Translations under genes and position numbers: made by a program | Notes under the pieces: generated by a model | Database searches by the model: none | Told to the model about the DNA's origin: nothing | Seen by the model: the letters and a program-made list of their open reading frames with translations, nothing else | In this document: piece by piece, positions 1 to 10,242 of the stretch | How positions within the stretch are numbered: position 1 is the stretch's first letter | How the letters are laid out: each line of letters starts with the position of its first letter | Assembly (NCBI GenBank): GCA_965231135.1 | Contig: OZ246419.1 | Span: 641,488-705,487, forward strand | Reading direction: 5' to 3' | Length of the DNA stretch: 64,000 bases | Origin: an uncultured Gammaproteobacteria bacterium | GTDB lineage: Bacteria; Patescibacteriota; Microgenomatia; UBA8517

Positions 1-219
1 AACACCAAAGATAGTGTCGATCAAGTGATTTCTTACTATAAAACAAACTTGCAAACAAACGGATGGAGCTATCAGGACACGACTGGATCTGGAGTCGGGA
101 CAAATTGGGTAGTAAGCAAAAACGATTTAAGCGGATACATGACAATTGAAACATTGAACAATCAAACTTCTATTATTATCGTTTTGGGAGTTGCAAGCCC
201 TGAGCCTGCATCTAAATAA
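1..219 (+). CDS. 3' end of a gene continuing upstream of the window (frame open from nt 1; the track's GTG start at 25 is probably internal); product unknown
   Basis: Reading frame 1 is open from position 1 to a stop at 217-219. No recognisable motifs. Confidence 0.35.
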   Translation, partial: NTKDSVDQVISYYKTNLQTNGWSYQDTTGSGVGTNWVVSKNDLSGYMTIETLNNQTSIIIVLGVASPEPASK

Positions 220-399
220 AAATAAATTTGCCCAGCAAAGAGAGAATTAAACTTCAAGATTAATGACTTGCAAATTATTCATTTCTTAAAAATTTAATAA
301 CTGCTCTTTACAGTCCAGCGCCATTCTCCAGAACATCTTTTGTGCTTGCATTCTGCACTAAGATATTCCTTCGAATAGAGCTGGAGTGGGAGGACTAGA

Positions 400-1749
400 C
401 TAGCTCTTCGGAGTGAAAATGTATGAATGTTCGAGCGTTCCGTTATTACCGAGAATGTCTACTTCGACAGTATCGGACGGTTTGACTCTGAAGAGAGTGC
501 TTCCATCGAAATCGCTGTCAAAGACAACTTCTCCGTTAACAAGAACACGCATATGCGGCGGATCACAGCTCGCTTCAGCGAAGATTTTCGTACCATCACT
601 GCTACGCGAAGCTGCAATATCACCACTCACACATTCCGGGTGCAACGTTGGTGACGGTATTGGCGTCGGCTGAACACCGTGTTCGTTGCAATAGTCGATT
701 CCGTTTACGACAGTTACATCGTAAACCTTAAAGGAACCGTCCGTCAGTTGAATGAACACCTCCATTCCAGTTTGCAACTTGTGGGTATCGAAAACTAACC
801 CACGTTTATCCGGCGTAAATGAATCAAATGGCACATATCCTGCCATCCAATACGTTTGACCATCGTATACGCCAAACGCTAGCGCAACAGGTACTCCAAA
901 AGCAGCGTTATAAACTTCGCATCCATCAGCTCCCGGCGTCCATTTCCTCGTTGCGGTCATTGTTGACGTTACACTAGGCGCAACTGTCGGCGTGACACTT
1001 GGTGATAACGTGTCACTAGCGGTCGGAAATGATGTAATCGTCGCGCTTGGTACCGATGTCGCTGTATCTGATGGCGTCAACGTGTTCGTTGGCGTATCAG
1101 ACGGTTGCTGCGTGTTTGTCGGTGTCAGCGTCAATGTTGATGTATCGCTTGGCGTCAACGAACTTGTTGCTGTGTCACTGGGCGTATCGCTCGGTGTAAC
1201 TGTGTTCGTCGGCGTGTCACTTGGCGTAACAGTTGGTGACGGCGTATCTGTTGCCGTATTTGTCGCTGTATCCGTAGATGTGCTGGTTGCCGTATTCGTC
1301 GGCGTATTCGATGGAGTGCGCGTGGATGTCGCGGTCGGCGTTGCCGTGTGGCACGGACCAACCGTGAAATCGTACGTTGGCGAATACCCTTGAACATCAT
1401 TCAGGTCGTCACTGCTCACAACGTGAATATGCACCGTATGAGACAATCCATCATCTGGAACACTGAAAAAGTGAGAGTAAGACGACCCGAAATTAATGTC
1501 TGTTTGACTCACTCCGTCGATGGAGTAGTGGATAACGTTCCCACTGTTCGGATAGCTGCTCAACGTTAACTGTACCCCAGAACATGAAGGTGTCGCTGAA
1601 TGGTTATGTCCATAATCTGGTTTTGGTTGCGGTCGCGCAATTGCGAACACAAACAAACTAAATACAACAAGGAATCCTACAAGGAAACCTCCCAACCATG
1701 TTGCTCTTTGCTTTCGAACCTTCTGGTTCATCTTGTCCTCCTTGGACAA
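400..1749 (-). CDS. Membrane-anchored/secreted protein with a long Thr/Pro/Ser/Asp-rich linker (TPSDTPTNT-like repeats) between two globular regions; function unknown
   Basis: 449-aa ORF with an N-terminal hydrophobic segment (FLVGFLVVFSLFVFAIA), a low-complexity TPSDT repeat linker, and locally much higher GC than the rest of the window. Confidence 0.6.
   Translation of the reverse strand: MSKEDKMNQKVRKQRATWLGGFLVGFLVVFSLFVFAIARPQPKPDYGHNHSATPSCSGVQLTLSSYPNSGNVIHYSIDGVSQTDINFGSSYSHFFSVPDDGLSHTVHIHVVSSDDLNDVQGYSPTYDFTVGPCHTATPTATSTRTPSNTPTNTATSTSTDTATNTATDTPSPTVTPSDTPTNTVTPSDTPSDTATSSLTPSDTSTLTLTPTNTQQPSDTPTNTLTPSDTATSVPSATITSFPTASDTLSPSVTPTVAPSVTSTMTATRKWTPGADGCEVYNAAFGVPVALAFGVYDGQTYWMAGYVPFDSFTPDKRGLVFDTHKLQTGMEVFIQLTDGSFKVYDVTVVNGIDYCNEHGVQPTPIPSPTLHPECVSGDIAASRSSDGTKIFAEASCDPPHMRVLVNGEVVFDSDFDGSTLFRVKPSDTVEVDILGNNGTLEHSYIFTPKS
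960..1340. repeat. Imperfect tandem nucleotide repeats (units like GGCGT(A/G)TC(A/G)C / TTGGCGT) encoding the Thr/Pro/Ser/Asp linker of the 400-1749 gene
   Basis: Direct visual repetition of ggcgtatc.. / ggcgtcaac / gtgtcac motifs, and the reiterated TPSDTPTNT in the translation. Confidence 0.55.
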
Positions 1750-1843
1750 TAACTAAAACATAGCTGTTAATGTGCTACGCCTATAGTATAGCATTTTGAG
1801 GATTAAAAATTAAATTAAAAAATATGAAATGAGTTTGTTGACT

Positions 1844-2320
1844 TTAGAAAGTCACATCCCCGCAGGAGTAGTATGTAGAGGATTGAGCGACTGATTTGTG
1901 GACATTAATTGCAAGCGGCATCATGGATTTTAATTGATCCATAGTAACATTTAGAGTAGTTGTGGAAGTTCCATTCATAACCGAGGTTAATGGATATTTA
2001 ATTGCTCCTGGATTTGGACAACTTCCGAGGTGAATATGAGCTGGCTGTTCAATTCCTTTTGGGAAACCTGCCATATTTAAGGTAACAACAACCTGACCAT
2101 TTACTTCTTGAAGTGTTGCAGTTCCGCTTTCGCCAGATTTATTTTGGGTATCAAGAGCAACTGTGACAACTGAAGGAGTTGGGGATGGAAGAGGCATTAT
2201 TGGTTGATTTTTATAAGCAAAAATAGCAAAGAAACCAACGATTAAAGCAGCAGCTGCGGCAAGAAGCATCAAAGCTGTGTCGTTTGATTTACCAAACTTT
2301 TTCTTTTTGCTTTTAGCCAT
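1844..2320 (-). CDS. Membrane-anchored CHRD-domain-like protein
   Basis: N-terminal Lys-rich segment followed by a TM helix. The motif PAHIHLGSCPNPGAI resembles the CHRD signature aHIHxGxxGxnGpv. Confidence 0.45.
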   Translation of the reverse strand: MAKSKKKKFGKSNDTALMLLAAAAALIVGFFAIFAYKNQPIMPLPSPTPSVVTVALDTQNKSGESGTATLQEVNGQVVVTLNMAGFPKGIEQPAHIHLGSCPNPGAIKYPLTSVMNGTSTTTLNVTMDQLKSMMPLAINVHKSVAQSSTYYSCGDVTF

Positions 2321-2383
2321 AATTCAGTATTTATCTTTTTAAAGTATTGTGTCAAGAGGGGATTAGAATTAATATTAATAAGA

Positions 2384-2803
2384 ATGTGGCTTACTTTGGC
2401 TTTTGGATCAGCATTTTTTGCAGCACTTGTTGCTATTTTTGGGAAAATTGGATTACAAAATATTGATTCAACTTTTGCAACAACAATTCGTGCTTTTATA
2501 ATGGCAGTTTTTTTGATTGGGCTTTCTTTAATCCTGAAGAAATTTGAAGGATTTTCTTTAAATTCGCTGGAAACTCGCGACTGGATTTTGATTGTTTTAT
2601 CCGGAATTGCAGGAGCTTTATCGTGGCTTTGTTATTTTGCAGCTTTAAAAATGGGGCTTGCATCACATGTTGCCGCAATTGATAGACTAAGTTTAGTTTT
2701 TATTGTAGTTTTATCGATTCTTTTTTTGGGTGAGGGGATTAATACAAAAATAATTCTTGGAGCAGTTATTATGACAATTGGCGCTATATTAATTACAGTA
2801 TAA
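2384..2803 (+). CDS. Small 4-TM EamA/DMT-superfamily membrane protein (half-size transporter)
   Basis: 139 aa with four hydrophobic helices and a C-terminal LGEGINTKIILGAVIMTIGAILI typical of an EamA domain. Confidence 0.55.
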   Translation: MWLTLAFGSAFFAALVAIFGKIGLQNIDSTFATTIRAFIMAVFLIGLSLILKKFEGFSLNSLETRDWILIVLSGIAGALSWLCYFAALKMGLASHVAAIDRLSLVFIVVLSILFLGEGINTKIILGAVIMTIGAILITV

Positions 2804-2826
2804 GCAAAGCTTGTGACGATTACATC

Positions 2827-3162
2827 ATGAATAATTTATCAACACAGCACTGCGTCCCTTGCGAAGGAAATGTTTCCTGCATGATTCCTAAAGAAATAGA
2901 GGATTACAAAAAAGAATTAAAGCTTGATTGGAAAGTGATTGACAACAAAAAGTTATCATATGAATTCAAATTTAAAGATTTTAAAGAAGCAATGGAATTT
3001 GTAAATAAAATTGCAGACATTGCAAACACCGAAGGACATCATCCTGATATTTATATTTTTTATAATGTTGTTCGAATAGAGCTTTGGACTCATGCAATTA
3101 ACGGTTTATTTAAAAATGACTTTATTTTGGCTTCTAAAATTGAGGATTTAGTTGCTTCTTGA
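2827..3162 (+). CDS. Pterin-4a-carbinolamine dehydratase (PCD/DCoH family)
   Basis: 111 aa carrying the EGHHPD motif characteristic of PCD/DCoH; the size fits. Confidence 0.7.
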   Translation: MNNLSTQHCVPCEGNVSCMIPKEIEDYKKELKLDWKVIDNKKLSYEFKFKDFKEAMEFVNKIADIANTEGHHPDIYIFYNVVRIELWTHAINGLFKNDFILASKIEDLVAS

Positions 3163-3185
3163 TGAGTAATAGGGTATAGTTATTC

Positions 3186-3207
3186 AAGGCTAATTAGCCT
3201 TATTTTT
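3186..3207 (+). terminator. Perfect 16-bp palindrome AAGGCTAATTAGCCTT followed by a T-run, immediately abutting the gyrA ATG
   Basis: Seen directly at 3186-3201, followed by TATTTTT and then ATG at 3208. Confidence 0.4.
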
Positions 3208-5832
3208 ATGCCAGACGAACCTTCAAAAAATAATATCGGAGAAATACGCGACGTCGATATTACAGAAGAGCTTTCGAAAAATTACCTTGATTATGCGATG
3301 AGCGTCATCGTCGCTCGCGCACTTCCTGATATTCGAGACGGACTTAAACCAGTTCATAGAAGAATTTTATATGCAATGTATGATATGGGCTTATTAACTA
3401 GCGGATATCGTAAATCTGCAACAGTTGTAGGAGAAGTTTTAGGTAAATATCATCCACACGGAGATATGGCAGTTTATGATGCTTTGGTTCGTATGGCTCA
3501 GAATTTTTCTATGCGATATATGCTTGTTGACGGGCAGGGGAATTTTGGAAGCGTCGACGGCGACCCGGCAGCTGCGATGAGGTACACAGAGGTCAAACTT
3601 CCAAAGATTGCCGAGCCAATGCTTGCCGATATTGATAAAGACACAGTCGATTTCACAGATAATTTTGATGCGACAATGAAAGAACCGGCTTTTTTGCCAG
3701 CACTTTTGCCAAATCTTTTGTTGATGGGCTCTGAAGGAATTGCTGTAGGTATGGCAACAAAAATTCCAACTCATAATCTTAGCGAAGTAATTGACGGAGT
3801 AATTGCAACAATTAAGAAAGGAAAGCAGACTGTTGCCATAGAAGAGCATCAAAAAGAAGCTGAATTTTTTATAAATAAAATTAATTTGATGGCTGGAAAC
3901 TTAAACGAAAAGTTTACTGAGGAAGAACTTCGACCTAAACACCTTGGGTTTGATAGCGATATTACTACAGCTGAGCTTACAGAATATATTTTAGGGCCGG
4001 ATTTTCCAACTGGCGGAGCAATATATGATGCAAAAAGCCTAGTTGATGTTTATGAAACAGGCCGAGGAAGAATAGTTGTGCGAGGAATTGCTGATATTGT
4101 GGAGGGCGCCAAAGGAAAAACACAGATAGTTATTACTGAAATTCCATATCAAGTAAATAAAGCTAGCTTGGTTGAGCAGATTGCAGACTTGGTTAAAAAT
4201 AAAAGAATTGTAGGAATTTCAGGGCTTCGTGATGAATCTGACAAAGACGGGCTTCGAGTTGTTGCTGATCTTAAGCGTGATGCAAAACCAAAATCTGTTT
4301 TAAATAATTTATACAAATACACAAGACTGCAAACGACTTTTCCAGCAAACTTTGTTGCCTTAGTTGATGGGACTCCATACACAGTTACCCTAAAACAAAT
4401 TTTAGTTGAGTATATAAGGCATAGACAAAGAGTAATTGTTCGTCGCACTATTTTTGAATTAACTTCTGCAAAGCGCCGTGCTCATATTTTGGAAGGGCTT
4501 AAAATCGCTCTTGATAACTTGGATGAAGTAATAAAAATCATTCGACAAAGCAAAACTCAAGATGAAGCAAAACAGAATTTGATGGAAAGATTTGGATTTA
4601 GCGAAATTCAAGCAACTGCAATTCTTGATATGCAACTCCGTCGCCTTGCAGCTCTTGAGCGAGAAAAAATTGAACAGGAATACAAGGAAATGATGGAATT
4701 AATCGATAAGTTAACTGCGATTTTGAAAGATCCAAAGAAAATTTTGGGAATTATTGAAAAAGAATTAGGAGAAGTTAAAGAAAAATTTGCAGACAAAAGA
4801 AAAACTAAAATTTATAAGCAAAAAATTGGAGAAATATCTGAGGAAGACTTGATCGCCAAAGAAGAAACTTTAATTACAATTACAAAAACAGGTTATATCA
4901 AAAGATTGTCTTCAAGCTCTTTCAAATCACAACACAGAGGAGGAAAGGGAGTAAACGGAATGGCAATGAAAGAAGAGGATGAAATTGATCATTTACTTAG
5001 CGCGACAACTCACGACATGATTTTGTTTTTCACAGACAAAGGAAGAGTTTTTGGCACTAAAGCCTGGGATATAACGGAGGGAACAAGACAATCAAAAGGA
5101 CAAGCTCTTGTGAACTTAATTAATTTAGAGCAAGGAGAACAAATTAGATCAATTCTTGCGCTTGACGGAACGGCAAAACATTTAATTATGGCAACAGCAA
5201 AAGGAGTAATTAAGAAAACTTCCGTTAGTGAATTTGCGAATTTGCGCACCAATGGGCTTATTGCAATAAAACTCGATAAAGATGATCAGCTAGTATCAGT
5301 TCACGCAACAAGCGGCGAAGATTTTATTTTGATGCTTACTAAAAATGGAAAATCTATTAAGTTTCCTGAAGCAAATGCAAGAAGCATGGGAAGAGCTACA
5401 ACTGGAGTGCGAGGAATGAAACTTGCTGCAGGAGATGCAGTAATTGGAATGGAAGTATTCCCCATGCGCGAGGCAAAAGTGGAAGACGGAAGACGCAAAA
5501 TTTTTAGACATATTTTGACAGTATCTGATAATGGACTTGGGAAACGAACAAGGGTTGACTTATTCCCAACTCAAAAACGAGGAGGAAGCGGAGTAAAAGC
5601 AGTAGTTGTTACAGCAAAAACAGGACAACTGGCAACAGCAAGGCTTGTTACAAATGAAATTTCTCAAGTGATTATTACAAGTAAACATGGGCAAGTTGTA
5701 AGACTTTCTCTAAAAGATATTCCAGAATTGGGGAGAGCAACTCAAGGAGTAATTTTAATGAGATTTGCTAAAAAGGGAGATTGTGTTGCTGCAGTTACTA
5801 CAATAAGTAAGAGTGGGGAAGAAGAGGAATAA
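3208..5832 (+). CDS. gyrA: DNA gyrase subunit A
   Basis: 874 aa. N-terminal [28 protein letters not shown], catalytic-Tyr region AAAMRYTE, and GyrA-box-like QHRGGKG in the C-terminal domain. Confidence 0.93.
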   Translation: MPDEPSKNNIGEIRDVDITEELSKNYLDYAMSVIVARALPDIRDGLKPVHRRILYAMYDMGLLTSGYRKSATVVGEVLGKYHPHGDMAVYDALVRMAQNFSMRYMLVDGQGNFGSVDGDPAAAMRYTEVKLPKIAEPMLADIDKDTVDFTDNFDATMKEPAFLPALLPNLLLMGSEGIAVGMATKIPTHNLSEVIDGVIATIKKGKQTVAIEEHQKEAEFFINKINLMAGNLNEKFTEEELRPKHLGFDSDITTAELTEYILGPDFPTGGAIYDAKSLVDVYETGRGRIVVRGIADIVEGAKGKTQIVITEIPYQVNKASLVEQIADLVKNKRIVGISGLRDESDKDGLRVVADLKRDAKPKSVLNNLYKYTRLQTTFPANFVALVDGTPYTVTLKQILVEYIRHRQRVIVRRTIFELTSAKRRAHILEGLKIALDNLDEVIKIIRQSKTQDEAKQNLMERFGFSEIQATAILDMQLRRLAALEREKIEQEYKEMMELIDKLTAILKDPKKILGIIEKELGEVKEKFADKRKTKIYKQKIGEISEEDLIAKEETLITITKTGYIKRLSSSSFKSQHRGGKGVNGMAMKEEDEIDHLLSATTHDMILFFTDKGRVFGTKAWDITEGTRQSKGQALVNLINLEQGEQIRSILALDGTAKHLIMATAKGVIKKTSVSEFANLRTNGLIAIKLDKDDQLVSVHATSGEDFILMLTKNGKSIKFPEANARSMGRATTGVRGMKLAAGDAVIGMEVFPMREAKVEDGRRKIFRHILTVSDNGLGKRTRVDLFPTQKRGGSGVKAVVVTAKTGQLATARLVTNEISQVIITSKHGQVVRLSLKDIPELGRATQGVILMRFAKKGDCVAAVTTISKSGEEEE

Positions 5833-5833
5833 A

Positions 5834-6847
5834 TTATTTTCTTTCGGGATTTCCGAAATTAGGCTTTTCGATTCTTGATTTAGCGGTTTCAAATTCTTTC
5901 CAAAATTGATTAAAAGGGATTATTTTCACAACTTCTCGTTCATCTAAAGTAAATTGCATCGGTTTTTCATTTTCAAATCTAAATTTGCTTGAGTTTCTGG
6001 AATATAAATCTAAAACACCGACTTCTTTAGAAACATCATAGTTTTTGTTTTGATCAGTACCTTTTGCAAATTTAATTGCTAAACTTCTCATTGCATTAAG
6101 ATACCCACCCACATCGTAAGGGTGATCAACCCCTAGCCCTGCTATTCTGCGGCTGCCCGCACCGTAAATATAATCCTCACTTAATCTAGCATTTGCTGAC
6201 AGTGAGTTTTCTAAATCTTTTTCCCAAGGTTTGTCCTTTTTGTATAGAACAATTTCATTATCTCTTTCCCAATATCGCCGCCAATCCTTGATTGTCCTGT
6301 ATATTGAAACTCTTCCATCTTCTTCTCTTTTAATACTCCAGACAATGTTTGGCATCCACTGCCTAGTGTCTTTTTCTGATTTTTTAATAAGCCACGTTCC
6401 TGGCTCTTTTGATTTATAAGCTTCTGTTAAGCCTGCAAGCAAAGCAATATCATTTTCAGCAAGTCTAAATTCATCTTGTTTTTGTTGAATTGGCTGACCA
6501 AAGAAATCTGTATTTCCAAAACCAAAAGGATTTTGCCTCCCTAAAAAATCGTTTAGATCGTTTGTTTGTGGCCAACTAGATGCAGGTGTTTGAGATTGGC
6601 GTCCTTCAATATTTTTTGGCTTAAACGAGATTAATGACTCATCATATCTTCTTCGTATTTCCAAATTCTTATCGTCAGTTCTGCCTTTGCCGAGTTGTTC
6701 ATATGCATTATTTAGAGCTTGAAATTTTTCTTTATCTCCCTCGTCAGAGTCTGGGTGCAACTCTTTTGCAGTTTTTCTAAATGCTTCGCGTATTTCGTCT
6801 GCTGCTGCATTTTTATGTATGCCAAGAATCTCATAAGCTGTTTTCAT
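5834..6847 (-). CDS. J-domain (DnaJ-like) protein with a C-terminal domain of unknown function
   Basis: N-terminus YEILGI...AAADEIREAFRKTAKELHPDS matches a J domain including the HPD motif. Confidence 0.7.
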   Translation of the reverse strand: MKTAYEILGIHKNAAADEIREAFRKTAKELHPDSDEGDKEKFQALNNAYEQLGKGRTDDKNLEIRRRYDESLISFKPKNIEGRQSQTPASSWPQTNDLNDFLGRQNPFGFGNTDFFGQPIQQKQDEFRLAENDIALLAGLTEAYKSKEPGTWLIKKSEKDTRQWMPNIVWSIKREEDGRVSIYRTIKDWRRYWERDNEIVLYKKDKPWEKDLENSLSANARLSEDYIYGAGSRRIAGLGVDHPYDVGGYLNAMRSLAIKFAKGTDQNKNYDVSKEVGVLDLYSRNSSKFRFENEKPMQFTLDEREVVKIIPFNQFWKEFETAKSRIEKPNFGNPERK

Positions 6848-6896
6848 ATGTATATTTTATCAAAAATAGAGGATTTGTGCTAGAATTTGCCTAGAA

Positions 6897-7394
6897 ATGA
6901 AAACTTTCGTATTACCTGGATATTCTACAAAAAATAAAGAGTGGGCAATTGACGCCGCAAAAGAAGTTGGCGGGGAGATATTTGAGTGGCAGCATTGGAA
7001 TGAACCAATTGTAAAATTTAATGCACAAAAAGAAGCTGAAAGATTGATTGAGAAAATTAGTAGTGAAAAAGTTAATATCGCTGCAAAGTCTATTGGAACT
7101 TTAGTTTTAGTGCGAATGCTGACTAAAAATAAAGATGTGGTAGGGAAGATAATAATGTGCGGCGTGCCAGTAAATGATATTGATGAAAATGATTTGAGCT
7201 TCTATAAAATTCTTGCTGATGTAAAAGCTGAAGATATTTTAGTTTTTCAAAACAGCGAAGATGAACACGGGCAGTTTGAAAAAACCAGAAGATTTTTAAA
7301 TGAGATTAATCCAAATATAAAAATAATTGAAAAGCCTGGAAGTACTCATGATTATCCTTATTTTGATGAATTTAAAGAGTTTTTATCTTCGTAA
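6897..7394 (+). CDS. Putative small alpha/beta serine hydrolase (YdeN/RBBP9-like)
   Basis: 165 aa with AKSIG (a GxSxG-like nucleophile elbow) and later Asp/His candidates; weak. Confidence 0.3.
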   Translation: MKTFVLPGYSTKNKEWAIDAAKEVGGEIFEWQHWNEPIVKFNAQKEAERLIEKISSEKVNIAAKSIGTLVLVRMLTKNKDVVGKIIMCGVPVNDIDENDLSFYKILADVKAEDILVFQNSEDEHGQFEKTRRFLNEINPNIKIIEKPGSTHDYPYFDEFKEFLSS

Positions 7395-7674
7395 ATTTTT
7401 CCAGCTTTTCAATTCGATCTTCATGAGAATTTATTTTTTGATGAAGACCGCTTAAGGTTGTTATTTCTTCACGAACGGTTTTTAGTTCACTTAAGAGTTC
7501 ATCTTCTTTTGCATAAAATTCTTCTTTGGTCGGTAAATGATTTATATTTTTTAGAGTTATCAAGCCTTTTTCGTCAATTTTCTTGTCAAGCATTATATCT
7601 AAATGTTGATCGAAATTTTTCCAAAATTCTTCATTGAAGATTACTTGTTGTTGAATTATTTTCTTGGTTTTCAT
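7372..7674 (-). CDS. Hypothetical coiled-coil protein
   Basis: 100-aa charged, helical ORF convergent with 6897-7394. Confidence 0.3.
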   Translation of the reverse strand: MKTKKIIQQQVIFNEEFWKNFDQHLDIMLDKKIDEKGLITLKNINHLPTKEEFYAKEDELLSELKTVREEITTLSGLHQKINSHEDRIEKLEKFTKIKTL

Positions 7675-7703
7675 AACTTAATTATATATTATATCTTTTA
7701 TTG

Positions 7704-8639
7704 TCAATGACTTTTTCCATGGAAAGCTTCGTGGACATCTTTCATTTGTTTATTTGTCACATGAGTATAGATTTGAGTTGTAGAAATATTTTTGTGGCCG
7801 AGCATTTCCTGGACACTTCGCATATCAGCTCCTGCAATTAATAAATCGGTTGCAAAACTATGCCTTAATGTGTGCGGTGTTGCTTCAACTGGAAGTTTTA
7901 CTTTATGGGAATATTTTTTGACAATTCGCTGAACACTTCTTGGAGTTAAACGCATTTTTTCATCAGGAAGAGTTATATCTTTTTTGCCTTTGTGATGAAT
8001 GAATAAAGGCTTATACATATCATCACGAGCTTTGATATAAATCGCAAGCCAGTCAGCAGCGCGGGGGCTTAAAAAGACAACTCTTGCATGTCCGCCTTTG
8101 CCAATAATTCCAAATTCCCTGCGGTCTAAATCTATTTTGTCGCGATTTAATTTAATAAGTTCACTCACGCGAAGACCTGTTGAAAATAAAACTTCTAGAA
8201 TTGCTTTATCACGTTTTCCTTGAATAGAACTTAAAGAAGGTGCATTTAAAAGTCTTTCGACTTGCTCGGCATTTAGAAACTTTACCTGGCGATCTTCGAC
8301 TTTTGGTAAATCAATTTTTTCCGGAGTTAATACCTGATAATCGTTTTTGATAAGCCACTTTAAAAAACTTCTCATCGCAATCATATGATAGCTTTGAGTA
8401 CGCTTGGTGAGATGGTGGCCTTTTGGATCAGCAAAGTTTGATAAAAATAAACGATAATCAGAAATCAATCTTGAAGTTATTTCATCTGAGGTTGTTCCAG
8501 CCATCCAATTATTAAAACGAGTCAAATAATGGCGATAATTGCGAAGGGTTAGGGGAGAGCTGCCTTTTTCTATTTGGAGATAATCTAAAAATTGATCTAT
8601 TTTTTTAGGAAGATCAATTTTTTCTAAAACTGCAGGCAT
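7704..8639 (-). CDS. Tyrosine site-specific recombinase, XerC/XerD family
   Basis: C-terminal HTLRHSFATDLL...GHKNISTTQIYTHV with the catalytic Tyr; 311 aa. Confidence 0.85.
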   Translation of the reverse strand: MPAVLEKIDLPKKIDQFLDYLQIEKGSSPLTLRNYRHYLTRFNNWMAGTTSDEITSRLISDYRLFLSNFADPKGHHLTKRTQSYHMIAMRSFLKWLIKNDYQVLTPEKIDLPKVEDRQVKFLNAEQVERLLNAPSLSSIQGKRDKAILEVLFSTGLRVSELIKLNRDKIDLDRREFGIIGKGGHARVVFLSPRAADWLAIYIKARDDMYKPLFIHHKGKKDITLPDEKMRLTPRSVQRIVKKYSHKVKLPVEATPHTLRHSFATDLLIAGADMRSVQEMLGHKNISTTQIYTHVTNKQMKDVHEAFHGKSH

Positions 8640-9426
8640 TAAGTAAAATTAACACGACGTGAAATATTTGTCAATGTGCGACACAAAGTATTTTTTAAAT
8701 TATTAAAATAAATTTAGTTTATTTATATAAATTCAAAAATTATTTTACAAAATATATTAATTATTTTTTGTAATTTATTGTTTAATATTTACATATTCAC
8801 AAATTTAAAATTTTAAAAATTTAAGCTATACAAACAAACTTTAATAAAGTCTTTTATAGATAATAGATGATAAACAATTCGCTCAAAAGAGACTTCATAT
8901 AATGCGATTTAAGACCTGTCATATTTTAAGGACGATATTAGTATCCTTTATTAACAATGGGGATAAAAATAGTTTCCCAAATTATCGGGATTAATTGATT
9001 AATTAAGCCTGATAAATATAAAAATTTTTAGAGATTCAAACTGGAGAGAATTTAAAGAAAAAATTAATTTATGATCATGATTATAACTGTGATGCCTAAG
9101 CAAACTTAAATGATAAATACAGCACTTCTCTATATAGTATATATAATACGTCGCAAAAGTATTATTGTACGACTATGTTTAATTGAACACATATCGTTCG
9201 GGTTAGTGTCGCAATTGCTTATATATACTTACTCAAAATAATGAAGCAAAATTAAAATAATTTTTAGATATTAATTTACCTCACTTCTCCAAGAGGAGTT
9301 TAAATACAAATATTTAACTATGTACAAACTATATCATTTCATGAAAACTCTTCTCTACTTTGTGTGAAAATATGTCCTATAATTACCTATAATATTTCTT
9401 AAACAGTATAATTACACTCCTCTACT

Positions 9427-10242
9427 TCAACCCCAGTGGGTCGCTAAAAACATAATAAAGAATACGATTACGCCTACGATCAAATGATCTCGAACTGTTA
9501 ATTTGAAAAGCCGATCTTCAAGCTCAGCCTGGCCTAGGCCCAAGAGGACATAAATACCAATTGTAAGAAAAACCGAGCCTACAACCACAGTTACGGGCCA
9601 AAAATAAAGTATAATCCCCACTTCTGTCAAAGCTAGGGTAAAAACTCCTGCGTATAAAAACATTTTATTTAAATTCAGATTTTTGATTTCTATCGAACTT
9701 ATCCAAAGGCCTTGAAGAAAAAGAAACATTGAAATTAAAGCAACACCAAGGGCTGTGATAAAAATATTTGCCTTAATAGAAATAAGAGCGTTGTATAAAA
9801 GAAAGCTTGTTACATAAGTTAAGATAAAACCAACAGAACGAGCACCACGAAAAAGCGGAATAGTTTTTCGCATTGAAACTGTAAAAATATTTTCAGTTCT
9901 ACATAATACATAAATCCCTAAACCAAAAAGAATAACGACAGGAAGCCTGGCAAATATGCTTGTCGGGATTAAAAACCAAAAAATACCAACTCCAAGAGTA
10001 AAAAGCGGAGGCAAAATAAGCGACAATAAACTTTCATTAATCCCCAACCCTTCCCAAAGAGAAAAAACAAATAAAATGATTGTTGCAAAAGTCAAAAAGA
10101 AAATTGATAAGAGACGGGATTGGTCAGGAACAAAATTAATACCTAAAAATCCAAGTGACAAAACAATTGAGGTGATAATAAATCTTACTTCCTTAGAAAT
10201 TCGCATTTGTGAAGACTTTTTGGACGTCGTCGTGATTGTCAA
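9427..10242 (-). CDS. Polytopic integral membrane protein, unknown function
   Basis: 271 aa, hydrophobic nearly throughout. Confidence 0.5.
   Translation of the reverse strand: MTITTTSKKSSQMRISKEVRFIITSIVLSLGFLGINFVPDQSRLLSIFFLTFATIILFVFSLWEGLGINESLLSLILPPLFTLGVGIFWFLIPTSIFARLPVVILFGLGIYVLCRTENIFTVSMRKTIPLFRGARSVGFILTYVTSFLLYNALISIKANIFITALGVALISMFLFLQGLWISSIEIKNLNLNKMFLYAGVFTLALTEVGIILYFWPVTVVVGSVFLTIGIYVLLGLGQAELEDRLFKLTVRDHLIVGVIVFFIMFLATHWG

Noticed and set aside
992-1393. 133-aa plus-strand ORF inside the 400-1749 gene (and similar antisense ORFs 3439-3852, 23433-23954, 53761-54171, 59564-59902)
   Set aside because: These are shadow ORFs on the strand opposite well-supported genes. They show low-complexity or composition-driven translation and no independent start or stop signals.
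8640-9426. Canonical DnaA boxes, a consensus dif site, or tmRNA/RNase P/SRP RNA in the AT-rich gap
   Set aside because: By eye there is no TTATCCACA-type box, no match to a XerCD dif consensus, and none of the conserved GC-rich cores of those RNAs. It is kept only as an open candidate region.
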